DNA from: Phycisphaeraceae bacterium
GTDB lineage: Bacteria; Planctomycetota; Phycisphaerae; Phycisphaerales; Phycisphaeraceae
Assembly: GCA_963674705.1 (NCBI GenBank)
Contig: OY771506.1
Location: 3,424,001-3,488,000 of the forward strand
DNA: 64,000 nt
Reading direction: 5' to 3'
The notes beneath the pieces are model-generated. The model worked only from the letters and a program-made list of their open reading frames with translations, ran no database searches and was not told the origin of the DNA. Below are positions 30,410 through 39,270 of this stretch, in pieces (the first letter of the stretch is position 1; every line of letters begins with the position of its first letter). The position numbers and the translations under genes were made by a program.

Positions 30410-31228
30410 ATGAAACTTCTAACCATCCTCCTGCTCATGGGCCTGGGTCTGACCGGCTGCCAAAGCCAGTCCGCCGCCCGATCCCAAACCGACCAATCAA
30501 TGCCCCCAGCCACCCTCCGCGTCCTGACTTACAACATCCACCACGGCGTCGGGGACGACGGCAAACTTGACCTGCAGCGCATCGCCGACGTCATCAATGC
30601 CGTCAAGCCCGACCTCGTCGCGCTTCAGGAAGTCGACAAAAGGGTCGAACGCTCAAATCACATCGACGAACCCGCCGTCCTCGCCAAACTCACCGGCATG
30701 CACCCCGTCTTCGAGAAGAACATCGACTTCCAGGGCGGTGAATACGGCAACGCCATCCTCTCGCGTTCGCCCGTGATCCGACACGTCAACAACAAACTGC
30801 CGCAATCCTACGCCGACGAACAACGTGGCCTGCTCGAAGCCCACATCGAACACCACGGCCGACCCGTCATCTTCTACGCCACCCACTTCGATTATCGCGG
30901 CGACGATACCGAACGCCTCGCTTCGTCAGTTATGCTCAAGGACTTGATCGAACAACAATCAACCCAAACCATCATCGTCGCCGGCGACCTGAACACACGT
31001 CCCGATACCGCGGTCATGAAGAAACTCCGAAAGTTCCTTGTTGACACCCACAACGAAGAAAACGGCCCCGGTTACACCTTCCCCGCCGACAACCCCGATC
31101 GCCGCATCGACTACATCATGCACACCCCCCGCGCCGGCCTGAAAGTCATCGAGTCCCGCGTCATCGACGAACCCGTCGCATCAGACCATCGACCGCTATT
31201 GGTAGTGTACGAGATGACTAACGATTAG
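30410..31228 (+). CDS. Endonuclease/exonuclease/phosphatase family lipoprotein
   Basis: Lipobox LTGC, LTYNIH, ALQEVD, YGNAILS, AGDLN, RIDYI, SDHRP. Confidence 0.92.
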   Translation: MKLLTILLLMGLGLTGCQSQSAARSQTDQSMPPATLRVLTYNIHHGVGDDGKLDLQRIADVINAVKPDLVALQEVDKRVERSNHIDEPAVLAKLTGMHPVFEKNIDFQGGEYGNAILSRSPVIRHVNNKLPQSYADEQRGLLEAHIEHHGRPVIFYATHFDYRGDDTERLASSVMLKDLIEQQSTQTIIVAGDLNTRPDTAVMKKLRKFLVDTHNEENGPGYTFPADNPDRRIDYIMHTPRAGLKVIESRVIDEPVASDHRPLLVVYEMTND

Positions 31229-32027
31229 TACGGGCGTGCATCATTACCGTTGCTAAGCCAAATACTATTAGAAGTGGGGTGGCCGGTTCCGGTGTATTGA
31301 ATATCGGTGGTGTTCCTGCATTCCAATTACTGAGCACAATATCTAGGTCATCCAAACCAACATATCCATCACCAGACGGGTCAGCGGAAGAATCTACCAT
31401 TGTTACATTCTGGTTCCAGGCCTGTAAGATTGTGTCGAGGTCATACAATCCAACAAAACCGTCTCGATCCAGATCACCGGAGGGGATCCACATCATCTCG
31501 GTGATCAGGCCTACTCTACCACCATTGAGAGTTAAGCCAGCATTATCGAATGCATCAAGTAAAGGCAAACCGTGTGGTATATCGATAGACGTGATCGCAT
31601 CACCTGAATCTCGTAGTGAGACACCCATGGATGATCCGATATTGACTGAGATATCGGAAGACTGTAAGTGGCTCGAGTAGATAATGAAGAAGTCGCCATA
31701 CATGTAATGATCGTTGGTGATCTGAATACGGGAGTAAGCCTCTGAGCTCAGGATTTTGACGCCGGAATTATCATTGATGTAGCTTAATTGAGGCGCAAGA
31801 CCTGTTACATCCCGATCCCAATAGTATGCGGTATCACCTGGCTCGCCCCAACTACCAATGTACCAAAGCGGCATTTCTGTGTAGAAGGAAAATGTGCCGT
31901 GATAAGTATCACCAGATGAGCCGATTAATGAATTAGACTCCAGATAACCTGCGTAATCATACACATAGACCTCTGCATCAGCGGGTATCGCGATAAGAGC
32001 CGTAAGAATAAATAGCAGGGTTCGCAT
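31218..32027 (-). CDS. Secreted protein with dockerin-like EF-hand pair and atypical PEP-CTERM tail
   Basis: Signal peptide; GDLDRDGFVGLYDL and ADPSGDGYVGLDDLDIVLSNWN; TPEPATPLLIVFGLA; AT-rich; GGAGG RBS. Confidence 0.8.
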   Translation of the reverse strand: MRTLLFILTALIAIPADAEVYVYDYAGYLESNSLIGSSGDTYHGTFSFYTEMPLWYIGSWGEPGDTAYYWDRDVTGLAPQLSYINDNSGVKILSSEAYSRIQITNDHYMYGDFFIIYSSHLQSSDISVNIGSSMGVSLRDSGDAITSIDIPHGLPLLDAFDNAGLTLNGGRVGLITEMMWIPSGDLDRDGFVGLYDLDTILQAWNQNVTMVDSSADPSGDGYVGLDDLDIVLSNWNAGTPPIFNTPEPATPLLIVFGLATVMMHARTNR

Positions 32028-32109
32028 AGGGCCTCCGGATTGGAGAATGAATACGTATTATAGCTGGTGGTACTTCAAAAACAATAAAACAATCTTCACA
32101 ATTCGGCAA

Positions 32110-32373
32110 TTACGACAGCAGCAGGTAACAACTGCAAGCTACCTGTAGCACCACAATTCCCCAGTAAACCAACTGAAACGACCGCTTCACCGTCTTGTGT
32201 CGGAACAGTTGTTGTGCAACCAGCGCTGCGGGTGATCCGCCGATCAGTGCTAAAACATGCAGCGTCGACTCACGCACGCGCCACATCTTTTTACGCGCAG
32301 CATACTTGTCATAGCCGAACACTAGAAACGTGGCTGTATTGATGATGAGTAGGTAGATGAAAAGGTAATACAT
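32110..32373 (-). CDS. DUF1294 family membrane protein
   Basis: FGYDKYAA...WRVRESTL..LALIGGS, FRHKT.K. Confidence 0.9.
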   Translation of the reverse strand: MYYLFIYLLIINTATFLVFGYDKYAARKKMWRVRESTLHVLALIGGSPAALVAQQLFRHKTVKRSFQLVYWGIVVLQVACSCYLLLS

Positions 32374-32480
32374 TTATGATTCAGGATGCATGGTTCATGA
32401 TATTTTCAGTGTCAAATGTTCATAGGCGTCTTCGCTACAAATTAAATCATAAAACAGAACCTCACAAACCATAGACAAAC

Positions 32481-32509
32481 AAAAAACCCGCCGAATGACC
32501 AGCGGGTTT
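32481..32509 (-). terminator. Intrinsic terminator
   Basis: Minus strand AAACCCGCT..GGCGGGTTTTTT downstream of the 32537 gene. Confidence 0.7.
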
Positions 32510-32536
32510 ATCGATTCCGGATGTTGATCATTTCCA

Positions 32537-33337
32537 TCAACGCCTTCGCGAAATGATCAACAGCCCCGCCAGGCCCGACAGTGCGATCGAAGCCGGTTCA
32601 GGGACCAGAGAATCTACCGAGCCCACATCAACCGACACGCTACCGGTAAACGTGCTGAAGGCGTCTGCGTAAGCGGGGGCCCAGCCCGAGCCGGTGCTCA
32701 GGCTCATCGCGATGTGCACGATATCACCATCATTGACGATCACACTGAGGCTATCCGTCTGAATCAGTGCGGGGTCCGTGAGGGTGGAACCCAGTTCTGT
32801 GCTGGCTAGTACTCCACCATACTCGTAGTAGTTAGCGAGATAAGGATCAAAGATGATGTCTTCTTGAAGAATCATCGCTGCGCCGTAGACGCGCGCCCAT
32901 GTATCGCCGGGGCGATAAAGGTCGGCGGTCAATGTCATGTCGAACGTGAGTGTCGCGCCATCCGGGCCGGAATATTGCAGCGGGATAATACCCATCGCCG
33001 TACTACTGGCTGCGGTCTGGCCCGTGGCCGGCGTGCTGATCGACTTCAGCAGCGGCGCCAAACCCGACAGATTGGAGAACGACTGACCCGTTCCCCGGTT
33101 ATCCGAAAAATACGCCATCGATGTGATCCCGCCCGGATTCTCATCTGTCATACCGATGTAATCCGTCCAGATGCCTGAACCTAGGTAAGCGGTATACGTA
33201 CTGGCGGAGCAGGCTGAACCCCACGAAGGCAGCGCTATCATCGCTTCGCTTGCTTGTGTGGCCGTAACCGATGCAGCCATGAACACTGCTCCACACACAA
33301 ATGACTTGCATAACTTCGAAGTGATCGACATGTTCAT
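32537..33337 (-). CDS. PEP-CTERM sorting-domain surface protein
   Basis: Signal peptide, Ser/Thr/Gly-rich body, VPEPASIALSGLAGLLIISRRR; AGGAGG RBS. Confidence 0.9.
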   Translation of the reverse strand: MNMSITSKLCKSFVCGAVFMAASVTATQASEAMIALPSWGSACSASTYTAYLGSGIWTDYIGMTDENPGGITSMAYFSDNRGTGQSFSNLSGLAPLLKSISTPATGQTAASSTAMGIIPLQYSGPDGATLTFDMTLTADLYRPGDTWARVYGAAMILQEDIIFDPYLANYYEYGGVLASTELGSTLTDPALIQTDSLSVIVNDGDIVHIAMSLSTGSGWAPAYADAFSTFTGSVSVDVGSVDSLVPEPASIALSGLAGLLIISRRR

Positions 33338-33646
33338 CCTCCTTGTAGTTGATAGGCGATAACCAGACGTCTCAATACCGTCTGCACGTAAAAACCAATG
33401 GACCGAAGTCCAAGGTACTACTGCACGTCGTAATGAAACTGCTGGTGTCCCTCGATATGACTTTCGGGAGGTCCACCCCTCACTTTGCCGATTAAGGCAG
33501 CAATCAGCGTAACAGATGAAGACTGAATGTCCACAATATTCAGCATCAATATGTCTGAATATTCAAATATAAGCTGCCCCCTCACGGCCCGGATACGCGC
33601 ATGCAACAGCTAGCCGGCTTATTCCTCAATCATTTAACTAAAAGAA

Positions 33647-34219
33647 TCAGCTAAGCCCGATCGTCACCGGCACGGGCTGCGGCTTTACTTCGTGGGTCGG
33701 CTGTACGGCAATATTCAGCGGGACGCGTTTGCCATCCGGGCCCTTCGGCGGGATGCCGTCGTTGTCGATGATGCGCTGGATCGCCATGATCCCTTCGATC
33801 AGCGTCTCCGGCCGCGGCGGGCAGCCCGGCACATAAACATCCACCGGCACAAACTGGTCGATCCCCTGGACCACGGCATAGGTATCAAACACACCGCCGG
33901 TGCTCGCACACGCACCCATCGAGATCACCCACTTCGGCTCGGTGATCTGCTGGTAGATCCTTTGCAGAACGGGCAGCATCTTCACGCTCACGCGGCCGGC
34001 CACGATCATCAGGTCAGCCTGACGCGGGCTGAAACGCATGACCTCTGCGCCAAACCGCGCCAGGTCGTACCGGCTGGACGCCGTCGCCATCAACTCGATC
34101 CCGCAGCAAGCGGTCGCAAACGGCATGGGCCAGACGGCCGAGCGCCGGGACCAGTTGATCAGCTTCTTGATTTGCGTCGTATAGATCGCGTCTGTGGGGA
34201 GTGCTGCTTCGATGCCCAT
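33647..34219 (-). CDS. nuoB: NADH-quinone oxidoreductase subunit B
   Basis: [34 protein letters not shown]. Confidence 0.96.
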   Translation of the reverse strand: MGIEAALPTDAIYTTQIKKLINWSRRSAVWPMPFATACCGIELMATASSRYDLARFGAEVMRFSPRQADLMIVAGRVSVKMLPVLQRIYQQITEPKWVISMGACASTGGVFDTYAVVQGIDQFVPVDVYVPGCPPRPETLIEGIMAIQRIIDNDGIPPKGPDGKRVPLNIAVQPTHEVKPQPVPVTIGLS

Positions 34220-34413
34220 AGGGTCGGGTCCGGGATTCGGGGTTCACGTTGGATCAGGGCCAAAACCAATACTACCGCCCGGAAGTTATCGGCCCAATCT
34301 CGGCGTCGTATAAACCGCCCGCCAATCGTCAAAATAGTAGGCGATCACAGCCTTTAAGTAAAAGGCCAAGGTTTTGGGACCAATCCATCCGCCAATCCAG
34401 CCATTGACCGCAC

Positions 34414-35709
34414 ATGGTCGATATTCAGACTATGCGCCTGCCTTACCAGGACAATACGAACAAGCTGCCCCTGAGTATCCCGACCCGGCTCGCGGTCTTC
34501 AGCGACGATTGGGGGCGCCATCCTTCCAGCAGCCAGCACCTGATCCGTGAACTGCTCTGGTACAACAAGATCTGCTGCCGGCAGGGCTGTGCGGGATGCC
34601 GGGAGTACCAGGTCGTTTGGGTGAACACGCTCGGTACCCGCACACCCGAACTCTCTCGAGCCGACCTGGTCCGGGCCGCAGGCAAGCTCCGATCCTGGGT
34701 TAATCCCCCGAACGCAAAACCTCAGCAGGACAGCGAATTCGGCAGCGACCTGAAAATCGTCAGCCCCAAGATGTGGCCCGGCTTCCGACGCCCCTGGCAA
34801 CGCAGGCTCAACGCCGCGACCATCCAGTGGCACGTCGAGGATGCCCTCGGCCGCCGCAGCGATGAAGAGCGTATCGCCATCACGACAATACCGATCACCG
34901 CAGACCTCGTCGGCCGGCTCGATGTCGACCGCTGGATCTACTACTGCGTCGATGACTTCTCCCAATGGCCCGGCCTCGACAGCCAGGTCATGCAAGCCAT
35001 GGAAGCGGAACTGGTCGCGAAGGTGGACGACATCATCACCGTGTCGCAGACGCTTCAGGACCGCATCACCCAGCTTGGCCGCGAATCCACCCTCATCACG
35101 CACGGCATCGACACCAGCCATTGGAAAAAAACACCTGCCCCCGCAAACCGGCCCGCCAGCTTCCCGGCTGCAAACAAGCCCGTGGCTCTTTTCTGGGGCC
35201 TGATCGATCAGCGTCTGGATATGGCCTGGTGCAAGGAACTCGCCCAAGCTATGGCCGTGCACGGCGGATCGCTCATCCTCGCAGGCCCGCAGCAATCGCC
35301 CGACCCTGCGCTTGCCAATCTCCCGGCCACCATTTTCCCCGGCAGGATCGCCTACGAAGACCTGCCGAACTGGGCCGCCCACGCTGATGTACTCGTCATG
35401 CCTTACACGGATGCCCCGGTTACCCGTGCGATGCAGCCATTGAAGCTTAAGGAATACCTCGCGACGATGAAGCCCGTCGTTGTCCGCGATCTGCCTGCTA
35501 CCCGCTTATGGTGCGATGCAGCAGATGTCGTCTCGGATAGCGCTACCTTCACACAGCGCATCATCGATCGGCTCGATACAGGCCTGCCCGAGCAGCAAGC
35601 CCATGCTCGCCAACGTCTTACGCAGGAAAAATGGTCGATCAAAGCCGATCAGCTAAAAGCCGTCCTCAATACCAAGCTACTACCCAAGCAAGCAAAGCTC
35701 GCAGCATGA
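34414..35709 (+). CDS. GT-B glycosyltransferase (GT4/TuaH-like)
   Basis: FSDDWGRHPSS.QHL, YYCVDDFS, THGID, DVLVMPY, PLKLKEYLA..KPVV. Confidence 0.85.
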   Translation: MVDIQTMRLPYQDNTNKLPLSIPTRLAVFSDDWGRHPSSSQHLIRELLWYNKICCRQGCAGCREYQVVWVNTLGTRTPELSRADLVRAAGKLRSWVNPPNAKPQQDSEFGSDLKIVSPKMWPGFRRPWQRRLNAATIQWHVEDALGRRSDEERIAITTIPITADLVGRLDVDRWIYYCVDDFSQWPGLDSQVMQAMEAELVAKVDDIITVSQTLQDRITQLGRESTLITHGIDTSHWKKTPAPANRPASFPAANKPVALFWGLIDQRLDMAWCKELAQAMAVHGGSLILAGPQQSPDPALANLPATIFPGRIAYEDLPNWAAHADVLVMPYTDAPVTRAMQPLKLKEYLATMKPVVVRDLPATRLWCDAADVVSDSATFTQRIIDRLDTGLPEQQAHARQRLTQEKWSIKADQLKAVLNTKLLPKQAKLAA

Positions 35710-36338
35710 CAGCACAAGCATCATCCAACCCGGCTTCGATCGCCAAAACCGTCGGCCGCACTGCCGGGCTGTTCCTGGCGATCCCGACGATGCTTGGTTA
35801 TGCCGTAGCGTCACGTTTGCTGGGTAGGCAGCGTGCCTTCGCCTTGGCGAGTGAACGCCTCGCCGTCCGCAGTGGACAACTCGGTATCTACATCCGCCAG
35901 GCTTTCTACCGTCACACCACCGCAGGCATCGGCCGGGATGTTTGCTTCGGTTTCATGAGTGTATTCAGCAAACCAACAGTCCGCATCGGGCAGCGCGTCT
36001 ACATCGGCAGGTTCTGCTCCATCGGCTGGGCCGACATCCACGACGACGTCATGCTCGCCGACGGCGTGCAGGTCCTGTCAGGCAGACACCAGCACGGTTC
36101 AACTGCCGAACAAGGCCAACTGCTCCGCGACAACGCTCAGCAATACCAGAAAATCACCATCGACCGGGGCGCATGGATCGGCGCCGGCGCGATCATCATG
36201 GCGGATGTGGGGGAGGGGGCCGTCGTCGCTGCGGGAGCGGTCGTTGTCAAGCCTGTCCCGGCCTATGCCAAGGTCGCCGGCGTACCCGCCAGGCCGATCG
36301 AATCTCAGGCTGATTCGCACATCCACCTCGCCGCCTGA
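35706..36338 (+). CDS. Hexapeptide-repeat acyltransferase
   Basis: IGQRVYIG, AWIGAGAII, VGEGAVVAAGAVV, VAGVPAR; ATGA overlap with the upstream stop. Confidence 0.9.
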   Translation: MTAQASSNPASIAKTVGRTAGLFLAIPTMLGYAVASRLLGRQRAFALASERLAVRSGQLGIYIRQAFYRHTTAGIGRDVCFGFMSVFSKPTVRIGQRVYIGRFCSIGWADIHDDVMLADGVQVLSGRHQHGSTAEQGQLLRDNAQQYQKITIDRGAWIGAGAIIMADVGEGAVVAAGAVVVKPVPAYAKVAGVPARPIESQADSHIHLAA

Positions 36339-36474
36339 TCGGCTCGCAAACGTCCGATAGCCTTTGTGTTATCTGACCCAAACCTACCGCTTACTTTTTA
36401 ACCCCGACTCCGCCGATACCAATAAGACGCGGTATTGCGCTATCCTTGCGCAGCGGATTGAGAGACAGCAGTTT

Positions 36475-37548
36475 ATGAACCAGACCCGGGTCATCCATCA
36501 CGTTGACGAATCCCTCGCTCAGGAGGTCCGCCGGTTCCTCGATAATGCCCCCGCACACACCGGTGCCTGCCACGAGCACGACCCCGGCTGGCTGACCGTT
36601 CTGCAAGAGGCGATGGGCCACCGCACATTTGTCATCATCGCCCGATCGCAACAGGATCAATCTATCACTGGTTACCTGCCGCTGGCACTGGTCAGCAGTC
36701 GCCTGTTCGGCCGGTTCCTTGTCAGTCTGCCTTACCTCAACCGGGCCGGCATCGTCGCGACCGATCCGCAGGCCCGCGATGAGCTTCTCAATGAAGCCAG
36801 GCAACTCGCGGACAAGTTCAAGGTGCAATACCTCGAATTGCGCAACCACGAATGCACGCTAAACAGCCCGATCATTTCGCATAACCGTGATGAGAAGCAC
36901 CGCATGGTCCTGAAGCTCCCGGCCGACGCCGAGCAACTCTGGGCCGGTTTCAACGCCAAGGTCCGTAACCAGATCCGCAAGGGCGACAAGGCAAACCTCG
37001 CCATCCGCTTCGGCGGTTGCGACCTGCTAGACGACTTCTACAGCGTCTTTTCAACGAATATGCGCGACCTCGGCACACCGGTCTACCCACGCAGCCTGTT
37101 CGAGTCGGTACTGCAAACCTTCGCCGATACCGCCGAACTCGCTGTTGTGCATCACGAAGCTGAACCTGTCGCCGGGGCGCTGCTGATCCACAGCAATCAG
37201 TGCCACTTGCGTGAATCGCAAGTCCCCTCAGCCAGCAGCCTCCGCAGCGCCAAAAGCACCAACGCCAACATGTGGATGTACCACAAGCTGCTGGAACGAG
37301 CGATCGAGCGCGGCGCAACGTCTTTCGACTTCGGCAGATCCAGCCCGGACTCCGGCACGTACCGGTTCAAAAAGCAGTGGGGGGCTGAGCCTTTGCCCAC
37401 CGTCTGGCAATACTATTTGAGGTTCGGCGATGTCGGTGCGGTACGCCCGGACAACCCGAAGTATCAACGCCGTATCGCGGCCTGGCAACGCCTGCCCGTA
37501 TGGGTGACCCGGTTGGTCGGTCCCAGAATCGTTAGAGGTATCCCTTGA
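36475..37548 (+). CDS. FemAB-like GNAT protein, exosortase/PEP-CTERM-associated
   Basis: SRLFGRFLVSLP, KVRNQIRK, NMRDLGTP, FDFGRS..DSGT..FKKQWG, WQRLP. Confidence 0.9.
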   Translation: MNQTRVIHHVDESLAQEVRRFLDNAPAHTGACHEHDPGWLTVLQEAMGHRTFVIIARSQQDQSITGYLPLALVSSRLFGRFLVSLPYLNRAGIVATDPQARDELLNEARQLADKFKVQYLELRNHECTLNSPIISHNRDEKHRMVLKLPADAEQLWAGFNAKVRNQIRKGDKANLAIRFGGCDLLDDFYSVFSTNMRDLGTPVYPRSLFESVLQTFADTAELAVVHHEAEPVAGALLIHSNQCHLRESQVPSASSLRSAKSTNANMWMYHKLLERAIERGATSFDFGRSSPDSGTYRFKKQWGAEPLPTVWQYYLRFGDVGAVRPDNPKYQRRIAAWQRLPVWVTRLVGPRIVRGIP

Positions 37549-39230
37549 GCGAACTCGACAACAACCAGCCCGAGCTGAACGCCCAGAGCGAACGCACACC
37601 GCTGACGCCTGCTGCGATCCTCGGCCTGCTCATCACGCTGCTGCTGCTCGCAGGCGCGTGGTACGGCACGTTCACACGCATCTGGTCGCAATGGTTCCCC
37701 GGCTGGTGGATGCGCGACCTGCCGTTGCTCGACCGACTCACCACCGGCGATTCCTACTACACCCACGGCCCGCTGGTCCCGATCGTCTCGCTTGCCGTCG
37801 CTTACTACATCTATGCTCGTGTTGGCATGCCGACCAAACGCACGCGAGCTTCAGCTTTCATTGGCTGGGCGGTCTTCCTCTTCTTCCTGCTCACACACCT
37901 GCTGTTCACCTTTGCCAGCGTGACCTTCGCCTCAGGCTTCGCGCTATTGGGCGTCATCACCGGCCTGGTCATCATCTGGGGCGGTAAGCCGCTGCTCAAA
38001 GCCTACGCGCTGCCGATCGCGCTGCTGTTTTTCATGATCCCGCTGCCGCTGGCGTGGATCGATGGGATCAATTTTGAACTCAAGGTTTTCGCCACAAAGA
38101 GCGCGCTGTGGCTGGCGATCCATGTCTTCCGCATCCCCGCCGTGGTTGATGGCAGCTATGTGCTCTTAGCCCCGGATGCCGACGGCCTGCCCAAGACGCT
38201 CGTGGTTGAGAATGTCTGCGGTGGCCTGCGCAGTATCATCGCGCTGACCTACTTCGCGGCCCTCTTCGCGGCGCTGTGTCGCGTAACCGGCCTCTGGCGG
38301 TGGGTCTTGCTTGTCCTCGCGTTCCCCGTCGCTATCGCATGCAACATCACACGCATCACTTCGCTCGTCGTCGCGGCGCATCATCTTGGCACCGATGCGG
38401 CGGGTGAGCACGGCTGGTTCCACGATATCTCCGGCATCCTCGTCTTCGCTCTGGCGCTGGGTTTTATGTTCGCGCTGGAGTCGGCGATCCTCTACACAGG
38501 CAAATTCCTCAAACGTGATTGGTCCGATGCCCGCCTGCTCGGTTACCTGAACAATATCCATGGCGTCAAAGGCTTTACGCCCAGCACGCGCAATCCGGTG
38601 GTACTCGGTGTACTCGCGTTGTCCGTGGTGCTGTGCATGTACTGGGTCAACCGTCCAGAGCCGGCGCCGATGGGCGGCGTCGCCAAGCAGGTCCTGCCCG
38701 CCTCGATCGATCTGGGGGATGCGACCTACACCAGCAGCGAGTTAATGCTGGAGGATCAGGTCCTGGCGATCCTCGAAACCGATGACTACTTCTACCGACG
38801 GTTTACCCCCGAGTATCAGTCCGACCGGCTGAACTTCGACCTGCTGATCGTCTTCAGCAAAAACAACCGCCGAGGCACGCACTCGCCCGAGTTGTGCATC
38901 CAGGGCAGCGGCGAGCGCATCCTCGACAAGGGGCCCATCACCGTGGAACTGGCCGACGGCCGGTCGCTGGACATGCGTGAAGTCGTCAGCCAGGACAACC
39001 GGCGGATGGTCTACTACCTCTACGTCTTCAAGTCCGGCGACAGCTACACCACCAACTACACCATGCAGCAGGCGATGATCCTTCTGCACGGCCTGATCAA
39101 CCGCGAAACCTCCGGCGCGCTGATCCGACTCACCGTCCCGGTACGCAACGACGACCTCGACGCCGCACGACAACTGGCATTACAGGCTGCCTCGCAGATG
39201 ATGCCTATCATTGATAAGAACCTGCCTTAA
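37545..39230 (+). CDS. Exosortase fused to a C-terminal EpsI domain
   Basis: YYTHGPLVP, FMIPLP, catalytic-type VENVCGGLRS / NITRI / WFHD; EpsI-like HSPELCIQGSG and GALIRL. Confidence 0.9.
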   Translation: MSELDNNQPELNAQSERTPLTPAAILGLLITLLLLAGAWYGTFTRIWSQWFPGWWMRDLPLLDRLTTGDSYYTHGPLVPIVSLAVAYYIYARVGMPTKRTRASAFIGWAVFLFFLLTHLLFTFASVTFASGFALLGVITGLVIIWGGKPLLKAYALPIALLFFMIPLPLAWIDGINFELKVFATKSALWLAIHVFRIPAVVDGSYVLLAPDADGLPKTLVVENVCGGLRSIIALTYFAALFAALCRVTGLWRWVLLVLAFPVAIACNITRITSLVVAAHHLGTDAAGEHGWFHDISGILVFALALGFMFALESAILYTGKFLKRDWSDARLLGYLNNIHGVKGFTPSTRNPVVLGVLALSVVLCMYWVNRPEPAPMGGVAKQVLPASIDLGDATYTSSELMLEDQVLAILETDDYFYRRFTPEYQSDRLNFDLLIVFSKNNRRGTHSPELCIQGSGERILDKGPITVELADGRSLDMREVVSQDNRRMVYYLYVFKSGDSYTTNYTMQQAMILLHGLINRETSGALIRLTVPVRNDDLDAARQLALQAASQMMPIIDKNLP

Positions 39231-39270
39231 ACAAAACCGCCGACCCGGATACCCCGGTCAGGAGTGATTC

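Noticed and set aside
33440..33500. c-di-GMP-I riboswitch upstream of the 33337 PEP-CTERM gene (GGCAAA..CGAAAG..GGAC on minus)
   Set aside because: The P2 stem does not pair around the GAAA loop and the GCAAAG/P3 elements are missing.
34354..35382. 342-aa minus-strand ORF
   Set aside because: Antisense shadow of the glycosyltransferase; no motifs.
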